Assembly (NCBI GenBank): GCA_045643285.1 | Contig: JAZUKN010000102.1 | Coordinates: 45,996-109,995 of the forward strand | DNA from: Eubacteriales bacterium | GTDB lineage: Bacteria; Bacillota; Clostridia; Oscillospirales; CAG-272 | Direction: 5' to 3' | Length of the DNA: 64,000 bases | Shown: piece after piece, positions 10,343 to 19,022 of the stretch | Position numbering within the stretch: the first letter of the stretch is position 1 | Layout: each line of letters begins with the position of its first letter | Notes under the pieces: model-generated | The model's database searches: none | The model's input: the letters and a program-made list of their open reading frames with translations, nothing else | Told to the model about the DNA's origin: nothing | Position numbers and translations under genes: made by a program

Positions 10343-11256
10343 ATAACCTCTGTGACTACCGCACGGTGCGCGACCTGCTCGAAAAGTACGGTCAGCAGCC
10401 GAAAAAAGGCTTCGGACAGAATTTTCTCATAAATCCGTCAGTCCCCGAACGAATTGCCGCCTGTTCAGCCGCCTGTGCCGATCCGACGAAGAAAAACGGC
10501 GTTATCGAGATAGGCCCCGGAGTCGGCGCACTCACGCAGTACCTCTGCGAAAACTACGCAAAGGTCGTAGCAGTCGAGCTTGACCGCGGGCTTATCCCAC
10601 TGCTCGGCGAAGCACTTCAGGATTACGAAAACGTGACCGTCGTCGAGGGCGATTTTATGAAGATCGACCTTCCGTCGTTCATCGAAGAGCATTTCGCCGA
10701 TATTTTGGCGGACGGCGGCACGGTCTCCGTGTGCGCGAATCTGCCGTATTATATCACTACTCCAGTGATAATGAAGATACTCGAATCGTTCACGCCGTCG
10801 GAGAAGATTCCGCTCTCGTCCGTCACCGTGATGGTACAGCTCGAAGTCGCACGCCGCCTCGCCGCAAAAGCAGGGACGGACGACTACGGCGCAATTACGG
10901 CGTCGATCGCGCTGAAAGCGAAAGCCGAAAAGCTGTTCGACGTGTCGGCAGGGAACTTTTTGCCGCCTCCGAAGGTTTCGTCAGCCGTTGTCGGTATCGT
11001 GCCGCACGGTGGGATAAGGGAAGTGTTTCCGGATTCTCCCGAGGACGACGCGGACTGCGTGAATTTCTCCGAAAAAGTCGGTGAGATCATCGCGCTCGCA
11101 TTCGGACAGAGACGGAAAACGCTCGTCAATTCCGTAGGCGCAAAATACCCGAAAGAGAAAATCACCGCTGCGCTCGAAGAATGCGGACTCCGCACCGATA
11201 TCCGCGGCGAAAAACTCTCGGCAGATGATTTTTGCAGAATTGCGGCACGCCTTTAA
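10339..11256 (+). CDS. rsmA: 16S rRNA (adenine1518/1519-N6)-dimethyltransferase
   Basis: Motifs GQNFL and VIEIGPGVGALT (SAM-binding). The start overlaps the upstream stop as ATGA. Confidence 0.92.
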   Translation: MNNLCDYRTVRDLLEKYGQQPKKGFGQNFLINPSVPERIAACSAACADPTKKNGVIEIGPGVGALTQYLCENYAKVVAVELDRGLIPLLGEALQDYENVTVVEGDFMKIDLPSFIEEHFADILADGGTVSVCANLPYYITTPVIMKILESFTPSEKIPLSSVTVMVQLEVARRLAAKAGTDDYGAITASIALKAKAEKLFDVSAGNFLPPPKVSSAVVGIVPHGGIREVFPDSPEDDADCVNFSEKVGEIIALAFGQRRKTLVNSVGAKYPKEKITAALEECGLRTDIRGEKLSADDFCRIAARL

Positions 11257-11265
11257 GTGCATATC

Positions 11266-11414
11266 CAAGGGCTGCTCGCCCTTGACCTCGCCACCCTTTT
11301 GAAAAAGGGTGGACGGAAAACTTTTGAAAAAAATTGTTATATAGCTTTTTGAAGATCCATAAGAAACTTTTTCTCGAAAAAGTTTCTTATGCGGAGTTTG
11401 AGGCAGAGCCTCAA
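11266..11414. repeat. cluster of four strong hairpins in the rsmA-rimM spacer
   Basis: The four hairpins are CAAGGGC-tgctc-GCCCTTG (11266-11284), CCACCCTTTT-ga-AAAAGGGTGG (11291-11312), ATAAGAAACTTTTT-ctcg-AAAAAGTTTCTTAT (11359-11390) and TTGAGGC-aga-GCCTCAA (11398-11414). Confidence 0.7.
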
Positions 11415-11460
11415 CAAAACAGAGTTTCAAAAACACCATATCAATAAAGAAAGGTGTACA

Positions 11461-11997
11461 ATGTCAAAACATCAGTATCTTGAATGCGGTAAGGCGGTAA
11501 GCACGCACGGTATCCGCGGAACATTGCGGCTTGAGTGCTACTGCGACACGCCCGATACACTCGCAAAGATAAAGACTCTATATAAAAAAGAAAAAGACGG
11601 CACGTTTACCCCGATGAAGGTGCGTGCCGCTTCCGTGCAGAAAGAAATGGTGCTCGTCTCGTTTGCCGATATTCCGACAGTTGAAGACGCGATCCCTTAT
11701 AAAGGAACGACGTTCTACGCCTCGCGCGAAGACTTCCGCCTCAAAAAAGGCGCGGTTTTCGTCGCCGATATAATCGGTCTTGACGTGATCGACTTCGAGA
11801 GCGGCGAAAAGTACGGTACTCTCTCCGAAGTCATCACACCGGGCGGACGCGAGATATACGTTGTCGACGACGTGAGGGGCGGTCAGTTCATGATCCCCGT
11901 CGTGCCGGAGTTCGTCAAAAAGATCACCGACGAAGGGGAAGACGAGGGCATCTACGTTCACCTTATCGACGGAATGAGGGAAGAAAATGCGGATTGA
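11461..11997 (+). CDS. rimM: 16S rRNA processing protein RimM
   Basis: The translation MSKHQYLECGKAVSTHGIRGTLRLE matches RimM. An RBS (GAAAGGTG) lies upstream, and the ORF-track start at 11389 lies in hairpin-rich spacer. Confidence 0.9.
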   Translation: MSKHQYLECGKAVSTHGIRGTLRLECYCDTPDTLAKIKTLYKKEKDGTFTPMKVRAASVQKEMVLVSFADIPTVEDAIPYKGTTFYASREDFRLKKGAVFVADIIGLDVIDFESGEKYGTLSEVITPGGREIYVVDDVRGGQFMIPVVPEFVKKITDEGEDEGIYVHLIDGMREENAD

Positions 11998-12697
11998 CAT
12001 AATGACGCTCTTTCCGGACTACGTCGATTATATCCTCTCCGAGAGCATAATCGGACGCGCGAGAAAATCCGGAAAACTCAGCGTGAATACGTATAATATC
12101 CGCGACTGGTCGGAGGATAAGCACCGCCGCGTCGACGATACACCGTACGGCGGAGGGAGAGGGATGCTCATGGCGGCACCGCCTATCTACCGCTGTTATA
12201 AAGCGATAGAGGAATACGGACGGGAAGACGCCGACGGCGAAAAACCGTACGTCATTTATATGTCCCCGAAAGGGCGCACGTTCAACGAAAGTATCGCAAA
12301 AGAGCTGGCGACGCATAAACAGCTCGTCATCCTCTGCGGACACTACGAGGGAGTAGACCAGCGTGTCATAGACGAGATCGTTGACGAAGAAATTTCTATC
12401 GGCGACTTCGTGCTGACCGGCGGCGAGCTTCCGGCGTGTATCGTGACGGATGCAGTCGGACGACTCTGCGACGGCGTGCTGACACTCCCAGAATGCCACG
12501 AAAAAGAGAGCTTTGAAGACGACCTCCTCGAATATCCGCAGTACACTCGCCCGCCCGTCTGGATGGGCAGAGAAGTGCCGGAGGTGCTCGTCAGCGGACA
12601 CCACGCCAATATCGAAAAATGGCGGCGCGAGCAGTCGGAGGCAGTCACGAAAGAACGCCGTCCGGACCTCGCCGAAAAGCGGAGCGACGGAAACTGA
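11987..12697 (+). CDS. trmD: tRNA (guanine37-N1)-methyltransferase
   Basis: The translation MRIDIMTLFPD...GGGRGMLM...LTGGELPA matches TrmD. It overlaps rimM by 11 nt. Confidence 0.95.
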   Translation: MRIDIMTLFPDYVDYILSESIIGRARKSGKLSVNTYNIRDWSEDKHRRVDDTPYGGGRGMLMAAPPIYRCYKAIEEYGREDADGEKPYVIYMSPKGRTFNESIAKELATHKQLVILCGHYEGVDQRVIDEIVDEEISIGDFVLTGGELPACIVTDAVGRLCDGVLTLPECHEKESFEDDLLEYPQYTRPPVWMGREVPEVLVSGHHANIEKWRREQSEAVTKERRPDLAEKRSDGN

Positions 12698-13261
12698 TCA
12701 CAGCATACCGAAATACGCGAGCACACCGTTTACTATCCCTGCGGCAAAGAGCTGCGGACTGTACGCCATAAGCTCCGCGTCCTCGGTGTTTGTAATAAAG
12801 CCAAGCTCGACGAGCGTCGCCGGCATCCGTGTTTTTCGCAGTACATACAGACCGGGACGTACCTTAACGCCTCGGTTTTTTAGTCCCGTCGCATAGCCGA
12901 GCTGAGTCAGAATGTTTCCGGCAAGTGCGGCGGCACGTGAGTTTTCACTGTAGACGAACGCCTCCGAGCCGCTTGCGGAAGTGTTCTCCGACGCATTCGT
13001 GTGCAGACTTATGAAATAATCCGCGCCCCACGAGTTCGCATCGTTCACACGCGCGGCAAGAGACGTCGTGTTTGACGTTCCGAGCTGTGTCTCCGGCGTA
13101 GGACGCGACAGACGGACTTCGAATCCGTAGCTTCTGAGAGCCGCCGCCGTCAGTTCCCCTATCCTGTAAACGATGTCCTGCTCTCTGAATCCGTTCCCCT
13201 CGCTTCCTGCGTTGGGATTCACGGGATTGTGACCTTGATCAATGTAAATTTTTGTCGGCAT
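12698..13261 (-). CDS. N-acetylmuramoyl-L-alanine amidase (Amidase_3 type), with no signal peptide
   Basis: The translation MPTKIYIDQGHN...ADYFISLHTNA...PATLVELGFITN matches Amidase_3. I chose the internal ATG at 13261. Its stop directly abuts the trmD stop. Confidence 0.85.
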   Translation of the reverse strand: MPTKIYIDQGHNPVNPNAGSEGNGFREQDIVYRIGELTAAALRSYGFEVRLSRPTPETQLGTSNTTSLAARVNDANSWGADYFISLHTNASENTSASGSEAFVYSENSRAAALAGNILTQLGYATGLKNRGVKVRPGLYVLRKTRMPATLVELGFITNTEDAELMAYSPQLFAAGIVNGVLAYFGML

Positions 13262-13317
13262 AACTTCACCTCTGAATGAATTATCGCAGGTCATTTTATG
13301 CCGAAGGTGGAATGAAT

Positions 13318-14043
13318 ATGAAAGAAACACAAAAACTGCTCTCGAAAACCCGTAAGGCGTGCGAGCATTACGGAATGATAAACGACGGCGACAAAATCGC
13401 GGTCGGCGTATCCGGCGGAAAAGATTCGCTCGCATTGCTCCTCGCCCTCACGAAAATGCGCGAGTTTTATCCCGTGAAATACGAAATTACAGCCGTCTCG
13501 GTCGACCTCGGCTTTGACGGAAGCGACGGGCTGTTTGACGGCGTGAGAGATTTTTGCCGCACACTCGGAGTTGATTACCGCGTTGAGCGGACTGAGATCT
13601 CGAAGATCGTGTTCGGCGAGAGACGGGAGAAAAATCCGTGTTCGCTTTGCGCTATGATGAGACGCGGCGCGCTTGTCAATGCGGCGAAAGCCATGGGCGC
13701 GAGCTCTCTCGCACTCGGACACCACCTCGACGACACGGTGGAGACGTTCATGCTCTCGCTCACGAATGAAGGACGGATCGGCTGCTTCTCGCCTGTGACG
13801 GAGTACGCCGACAACGGGATAAAAGTCATCCGTCCGCTCGTTTACGCGCGCGAATATGAGGTCGCCGCAGTGGCACGTGCGGAAAACCTGCCCGTCGTCA
13901 AAAGCCCGTGCCCCGAGGACGGCGAGACTGAAAGGGAAAAGATGAAAGAATATCTCCGCACGCTTGACAGAGAACATAGAGGCGTACACCGCCGTATCCT
14001 CGGCGCAATGGAGCGCGCGGGCGTGGACGGATGGAGAGAATAG
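13318..14043 (+). CDS. PP-loop ATPase, tRNA 2-thiocytidine (TtcA)-like
   Basis: SGGKDS PP-loop plus CSLC and SPCP cysteine motifs. An RBS (GAAGGTGG) lies 7 nt upstream of the ATG at 13318. Confidence 0.8.
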   Translation: MKETQKLLSKTRKACEHYGMINDGDKIAVGVSGGKDSLALLLALTKMREFYPVKYEITAVSVDLGFDGSDGLFDGVRDFCRTLGVDYRVERTEISKIVFGERREKNPCSLCAMMRRGALVNAAKAMGASSLALGHHLDDTVETFMLSLTNEGRIGCFSPVTEYADNGIKVIRPLVYAREYEVAAVARAENLPVVKSPCPEDGETEREKMKEYLRTLDREHRGVHRRILGAMERAGVDGWRE

Positions 14044-14053
14044 AATTACATTA

Positions 14054-14083
14054 ATGAATAATGAACAATGAATAATGAATAAT
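14054..14083. repeat. heptamer microsatellite (ATGAATA) x4
   Basis: The sequence reads ATGAATA ATGAACA ATGAATA ATGAATA AT. Confidence 0.8.
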
Positions 14084-14164
14084 CAGACAGAGCTAACGAA
14101 TAATTTGCAAATTACTTTGTAATAAAAGGGAACATTATACAGAGAAATATGTTTTAACAATAAA

Positions 14165-14206
14165 ACAAGTCCTCGGTTGCATGAAAAACTGAGGGCTTGT
14201 TTGTTG
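14165..14206. terminator. bidirectional terminator between convergent genes
   Basis: ACAAGTCCTC...GAGGGCTTGT followed by TTGTTG, with A-rich sequence upstream. Confidence 0.6.
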
Positions 14207-14216
14207 TAATAATATT

Positions 14217-15743
14217 TTACCCTTGTATCACTTTTTCGCGCCCGTTCCACTTTACGACGACCGTGATCGGTTTGTCTGAGCGCACAGTGATTTTCGGCTC
14301 TTCTTCATCGGACGCACGCGCTTCACAAACGAGATCGACTGTCGCGTCTTTGCCGAACGGATACCGCTCGATCCCGTGCCGCTCCGTGCGGTTTACGTCC
14401 CAAATAATCGTGTTTTCGGCAACATTCGCTCGGATGCCGAGAACGTGCTCGAAGAATATCGAGATCGGCGCAAGTCCCGTCCAGCCGACGAACTCCGGAC
14501 GCGCGGGAATACCCGGCTCAGCGCTGTCCGGCTTGTAGTTTTCCCATAACGTACCCGTTTTATTGTAAACTTCAACCACGTTGCGGAGGAATTTGTCCGC
14601 GATTTCGTATCTCAGTCGGTCGTCTCCCTGTTTTTCGAGTCCGCATAAAACCATGTACGTTGTCGGCGCCCATACTCCGCCGCGCCAGTAGTACCCGTCA
14701 GGCGCATACATCGGATGATCGGCGGAGAGCGTAGGTACGGCGTTCTGTCGGCAGAATTCGTTCGGATTCTCAAGATGCGCGAGGAACTTTTTGAGCCGTT
14801 CTTTCGGCACAACGTCCGCCACCAGCGCCCAGTACGCACCGATGTGCTTGACGTGGTTCAGTTCCCCGTTTCTCCACTGATCGAAGTAGAAGCCGTCGCC
14901 GTCGTCCCAAAGAATATCGTTCACAAGGGATGATAACCGTTCGCGCTCCTCGACGAGGTCGGAAACATCGTCACCGCCGCCGAGAATTTCGTTCATTCTG
15001 ATTAAAATATCGCAGTTGAGAAGCTGTTCGAGACAGATGTCCACCCATACCATGTGACCGTGCGAGAACTGGCATTCGTATCCGAATGTGTCTTCGCTTT
15101 CGCACTTGAAGCGTGGCACGTTGTCCATACCGCAGCCCCAGCCGGAAGAAAAATAGCTTCCGTCGCGCCATGTGCGGTTTTCTCTCATCCAGTTGTGGAA
15201 AGCACGCAGGGCAGGATAAACACGCGCGAGCCTCTCGCCGTCGTGCATGTTGTCGTAATACTGCATTTCGCTCCACGCGAGGATGTTCGGTCCGGTCGAC
15301 GACGGATCGTACCGCGTGAAATGCTCAAGTCCCGTGTCTTCTTCTATCTCGCGCGAGATGAAACCGTCGCGGTGCTGATGCGAATAGAAATTGTCGAGCG
15401 TTTTCTGAAAAGGGAAGACTCCCTCGGCGTACTTTGTGAACATCGTTATGAACGAGCAGTCCCACATGAAAATACAGCCGTTGAACGCCGCGTCGATGAA
15501 CGACGACACAAATCCCGTTCCGTCTTTCGGCAGGCTGAGATTGCCGAACGCCGTCTTCCACGCATATTCGTAGCATTTTATGTAGTCGTCGTGACCGTCG
15601 AAGATCGGCTTCGGCAGTTTTTTCCGTATATCTTCGTATTTCGGCGGCACGGTGGGCTTTTCTGTCGAGCCGATGAAAGTGTTTTCACTCACATATTTGT
15701 TCGGGATGTAGGTCATCTCGTCGTTTTGTTTGAATCCGGGCAT
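14217..15743 (-). CDS. glycoside hydrolase, (alpha/alpha)6-barrel (GH63/GH37-like)
   Basis: 508 aa with motifs GWGCGMDN, YYWRGGVWAPT, LWENY and FVGWTGL, which are typical of six-hairpin glycosidases. Confidence 0.75.
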   Translation of the reverse strand: MPGFKQNDEMTYIPNKYVSENTFIGSTEKPTVPPKYEDIRKKLPKPIFDGHDDYIKCYEYAWKTAFGNLSLPKDGTGFVSSFIDAAFNGCIFMWDCSFITMFTKYAEGVFPFQKTLDNFYSHQHRDGFISREIEEDTGLEHFTRYDPSSTGPNILAWSEMQYYDNMHDGERLARVYPALRAFHNWMRENRTWRDGSYFSSGWGCGMDNVPRFKCESEDTFGYECQFSHGHMVWVDICLEQLLNCDILIRMNEILGGGDDVSDLVEERERLSSLVNDILWDDGDGFYFDQWRNGELNHVKHIGAYWALVADVVPKERLKKFLAHLENPNEFCRQNAVPTLSADHPMYAPDGYYWRGGVWAPTTYMVLCGLEKQGDDRLRYEIADKFLRNVVEVYNKTGTLWENYKPDSAEPGIPARPEFVGWTGLAPISIFFEHVLGIRANVAENTIIWDVNRTERHGIERYPFGKDATVDLVCEARASDEEEPKITVRSDKPITVVVKWNGREKVIQG

Positions 15744-15774
15744 GGTGATTACCTCAATTTATCTTTATGTCTGA

Positions 15775-15803
15775 ATAATACCATTTAATCCGAAAAAAGT
15801 CAA
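15775..15803 (-). promoter_or_regulatory. sigma-A promoter for the glycoside hydrolase gene
   Basis: On the minus strand it reads TTGACT-17 nt-TATTAT. Its -35 is one arm of the palindrome GTCAAGT-cgta-ACTTGAC. Confidence 0.6.
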
Positions 15804-15811
15804 GTCGTAAC

Positions 15812-15840
15812 TTGACAAAACAAACCCGTAGTTATATAAT
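15812..15840 (+). promoter_or_regulatory. consensus sigma-A promoter for the 15881 gene
   Basis: TTGACA-17 nt-TATAAT. Its -35 is the other arm of the same palindrome. Confidence 0.75.
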
Positions 15841-15880
15841 TATCTAAAGGATAATTATTCGGTTTTCTCGGGAGATTATT

Positions 15881-16651
15881 ATGAAGATTCAGAATAAAAA
15901 AAAGAAAAGCAGTGTATCCGGATTTATCGTCCGTCTGCTTGTGTATATTATCGGACTGCTTATAATCACTATAGGAATAAATATATCAAAGCTGTCATCC
16001 CTCGGCATCTCTCCGGTAAGCTCTATTCCTGCCGTGCTTGCGGGAATTATTCCGGATGTTTCACTCGGGAATATGGTCATTGTTGTGTACTGCGTTCTTG
16101 TACTCGCACAATTCATCGTACTGCGTAAAAAATTCAAATGGAAAAATATTCTCGGCGTGCCTGTTGCATTGATTTTCGGACTTATGGTTGATTTTACCGG
16201 AGTTGCGGCATATAACATCAAAATCGGAACGATTGATCTCGGTATTCCGTATACTTTCAACGGTCTTCTCATAAACTTTCCGAAGCCTTCGGGCATTGTG
16301 ATGCAGTTCGTCTATCTTTTCGCCAGTATGATAATCATAGGTATCGGAGTGTTCATATACCTCAGGCCGAAGCTCGTTCCGATGCCGGCTGAAGGGCTTG
16401 CTGCCGCACTGTCCGAAGTGTCGTCAAAGCCGTTCGGCAACTGCAAAACGCTTGTCGATGTATCGCTTATCGTTATCGCACTTGTGCTTCAGGTGATCTT
16501 TCTCGGCGGATTCGGTTCTCTTTGGATCGGTAAGGGGATCGTCGGGATCGGAACCATCCTTGCCGCGGTTCTTGTCGGACAGATAGTGAAACTACTGTCA
16601 AAGCTCTGCGGAAAACAGTTTGATAAATTACTTGAAAGAATAGCCGCTTAA
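15881..16651 (+). CDS. polytopic membrane protein (YczE/YitT-like)
   Basis: 256 aa with about 6-7 hydrophobic helices and a lysine-rich N-terminus. Confidence 0.7.
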   Translation: MKIQNKKKKSSVSGFIVRLLVYIIGLLIITIGINISKLSSLGISPVSSIPAVLAGIIPDVSLGNMVIVVYCVLVLAQFIVLRKKFKWKNILGVPVALIFGLMVDFTGVAAYNIKIGTIDLGIPYTFNGLLINFPKPSGIVMQFVYLFASMIIIGIGVFIYLRPKLVPMPAEGLAAALSEVSSKPFGNCKTLVDVSLIVIALVLQVIFLGGFGSLWIGKGIVGIGTILAAVLVGQIVKLLSKLCGKQFDKLLERIAA

Positions 16652-16718
16652 CAGCGGTTTTTCTTCTGAAATTTGAAATGATATTTCGGTATTTGTCTGA
16701 GTCTGCAACAAAACCCAC

Positions 16719-16747
16719 TTGACAAAGCATATTCAGCGGAGTACTAT
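16719..16747 (+). promoter_or_regulatory. sigma-A promoter for the hydrolase gene
   Basis: TTGACA-17 nt-TACTAT. Confidence 0.6.
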
Positions 16748-16782
16748 TTAAGTGTAAATATCACATAACGGAGGACAGAAAC

Positions 16783-17706
16783 GTGGAAAAAAACGAATTT
16801 TATTTTCTTTCATCGGACGGGCACACAAATCTCAGAGCTATCGAGTGGAAAGCGGAAGAGACAAAGGCTGTAGTCGAGCTTGTTCACGGAATCGCCGAGC
16901 ATATCGAAAGATATGACGAATTTGCATCATTCCTCGCCGAAAAAGGCATCACAGTCGTCGGATTCGATCTTCTCGGTCACGGCAAAAGCGCGGCAAAAGA
17001 AGAAGACCTCGGTTTTTTCGCAGAGGACGACGGCTGGTTCAAAAACGTCGAAGACGTTAACTCGCTTCGCCGCCTGACCGCCGAAAAATACCCCGATAAG
17101 CCGTACTTTATCCTCGGACACAGTATGGGCTCGTTTCTTGTCAGAACGTATATCACAAAATACGCTGAAGGACTCGCAGGCGCGATCATAAGTGGTACGG
17201 GAGCAAATCCCGAGCCCGTGCTTTTCCTCGGCAGAGCAGTTGCAAAAGCCGTTATGAAGAAAGGCGGCATTCGCGCGAGAAGCGAAATGATACGCAAAAT
17301 GTGCTTCGGCTCGTACAATAAAGAAATCGAAAACCCGAAGAACGAGAACGAATGGCTTTCGCGCGACCTTTCGGTATCCGAAAAATACTGCGCAGATCCT
17401 CTTTGCGGATTTTTGCCGTGCGCCGAAGTCTATTATGAAATGTTCCGCGGGATCTCGTATATCCAGAAGAAAGAGAACATCGCTAAAGTCCCGAAAAATC
17501 TGCCGATGTTCTTCTTCTCGGGATCAATGGATCCTGTCGGCGGATACTCAGACGGCGTAATCAGGGCGTATAACAGCTACAATAATGCCGGCTTGACCGA
17601 CACAAAGATCAAGCTGTACGCCGGTGGACGGCACGAAATGCTCAACGAAACGAACAAAAACGAGGTATACGCGGACGTTCTTGAATGGATAGAGTCAAAA
17701 ATCTGA
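16783..17706 (+). CDS. alpha/beta hydrolase (lysophospholipase/monoacylglycerol lipase-like)
   Basis: GTG start, HGIAEH motif, GHSMG nucleophile elbow and a C-terminal GGRHE motif. Confidence 0.85.
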   Translation: MEKNEFYFLSSDGHTNLRAIEWKAEETKAVVELVHGIAEHIERYDEFASFLAEKGITVVGFDLLGHGKSAAKEEDLGFFAEDDGWFKNVEDVNSLRRLTAEKYPDKPYFILGHSMGSFLVRTYITKYAEGLAGAIISGTGANPEPVLFLGRAVAKAVMKKGGIRARSEMIRKMCFGSYNKEIENPKNENEWLSRDLSVSEKYCADPLCGFLPCAEVYYEMFRGISYIQKKENIAKVPKNLPMFFFSGSMDPVGGYSDGVIRAYNSYNNAGLTDTKIKLYAGGRHEMLNETNKNEVYADVLEWIESKI

Positions 17707-17736
17707 CGAAATCAGACATAAATTCATATAAAGGGA

Positions 17737-17765
17737 TTGAAAAATCACGATACTGATGATATAAT
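17737..17765 (+). promoter_or_regulatory. sigma-A promoter for the STAS gene
   Basis: TTGAAA-17 nt-TATAAT. Confidence 0.7.
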
Positions 17766-17828
17766 CATATCATAAAATGAATCGTTGTATCTTGATCGTT
17801 TAATTTGCAAACCGTAAGGAGAAACCAA

Positions 17829-18125
17829 ATGGAAATAATCAAAAACTCAGCAGACTGCTCCCTTGCTCTTGCGCTTATAGGCAGACTTGACACCACGACC
17901 GCACCCCAGCTTGAAGAAATTATAAAAAACGAGCTTGAGGGAGTCGGCGAGCTTTCTCTTGATTTTGAAAAGCTCGAATACATATCATCTGCCGGACTTC
18001 GCGTGCTTCTTGCAGCACAGAAGATCATGAACAAGCAGGGAAACATGGTGATCAGAAACGCGAACGCCGACATTAAGGAAGTGTTCGACATCACCGGTTT
18101 TGCCGATATTCTCACGATAGAATAA
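17829..18125 (+). CDS. STAS-domain anti-sigma-factor antagonist
   Basis: The translation LDFEKLEYISSAGLRVLL carries the phosphorylatable Ser context. An AAGGAG RBS precedes the ATG at 17829. Confidence 0.85.
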   Translation: MEIIKNSADCSLALALIGRLDTTTAPQLEEIIKNELEGVGELSLDFEKLEYISSAGLRVLLAAQKIMNKQGNMVIRNANADIKEVFDITGFADILTIE

Positions 18126-18147
18126 CAGTTCTTCAAAGGAACAAAAC

Positions 18148-18225
18148 GAACCGCGCTGTGACTGACGGAAGAACGTGGAGGACCACGGAGAAGCAGATGC
18201 GGAATAAGCCGACCGTCTGGGCACA
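18148..18225 (+). promoter_or_regulatory. ZTP (ZMP/ZTP, pfl-motif) riboswitch aptamer
   Basis: The sequence GUGACUGACGGAA..GUGGAGGACCACGGAG..linker..CCGACCGUCUGGGCA matches the pfl consensus (GACUGGCG...CCGCCUGGGCA). The pseudoknot shows a compensatory change (GACGG/CCGUC). It sits upstream of purine/folate genes. Confidence 0.85.
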
Positions 18226-18259
18226 ATCTGACTGAGTGAGGTCGGACTGTGCCTTTTTG
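18219..18259 (+). terminator. riboswitch expression-platform terminator
   Basis: GGCACA...TGTGCC followed by TTTTTG. The 5' arm overlaps the aptamer's 3' end (CUGGGCA). Confidence 0.75.
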
Positions 18260-18293
18260 TTCAGATAATTTATTTTTAGTTAGGAGAAAAAAT

Positions 18294-19022
18294 ATGGATC
18301 CGTATAAGATAAACGACTTTTCGTCAATTCTCTCGGGGAACACATACCCCGGCAGAGGTATTGTCATCGGCAAAACGCCCGACGGGACAAAGTCCTGCGC
18401 CGCGTATTTCATAATGGGACGGAGCGAGAACTCGCGTAACCGCGTAATCACCGAAAAAGGCGGAATCGTTCGCACAGAGCCGTTCGACAGCACAAAGGTC
18501 GAAGACCCGTCGCTGATCATTTATAACGCGATGCGGAAATGGAGAAACAACCTCATCGTCACAAACGGCGATCAGACCGATACGCTTTTCAACTGCCTCT
18601 CGAACGGCAAAACATTTGAAAAAGCTCTTGAAACGCGCGATTTCGAGCCGGATTCACCGAACCTCACGCCACGAATCAGCGGTATGATCACATTTGAGGA
18701 CGGCGATTTTTCGTATAAACTCAACATTATCAAGAGCGTTGACGAACAGGGAACAGCTTCCGTCAGATATAATTACTGTTATCCGTCTGTCAGAGGACTC
18801 GGACATTTCATCCATACTTATATCTCGGACGGCGAGCCGCTTCCGCCGTTCACCGGAGAGCCGAAGCGCGTTGTAATCGACGATTCGATAGACACATTCA
18901 CCGAAAAGCTCTGGAACGCGCTTGATAAGGATAACAGAATCTCGCTTTACGTCCGTTATACCGACCTTGCAACGGGCAAAGAAGAAAACCGACTTCTAAA
19001 TAAAAACGGAGACGCCAAATGA
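18294..19022 (+). CDS. IMP cyclohydrolase, PurO-like (archaeal-type)
   Basis: The translation YPGRGIVIGKTPDG...AAYFIMGRSENSRNR...NGDQTD is characteristic of the PurO-type IMP cyclohydrolase family. An AGGAG RBS is present. Confidence 0.75.
   Translation: MDPYKINDFSSILSGNTYPGRGIVIGKTPDGTKSCAAYFIMGRSENSRNRVITEKGGIVRTEPFDSTKVEDPSLIIYNAMRKWRNNLIVTNGDQTDTLFNCLSNGKTFEKALETRDFEPDSPNLTPRISGMITFEDGDFSYKLNIIKSVDEQGTASVRYNYCYPSVRGLGHFIHTYISDGEPLPPFTGEPKRVVIDDSIDTFTEKLWNALDKDNRISLYVRYTDLATGKEENRLLNKNGDAK

Noticed and set aside
17829-18125. The STAS anti-sigma antagonist as part of a partner-switching module.
   Set aside because: No anti-sigma kinase (SpoIIAB/RsbW-like), PP2C phosphatase or sigma factor gene lies adjacent. 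Nothing further can be inferred from this window.
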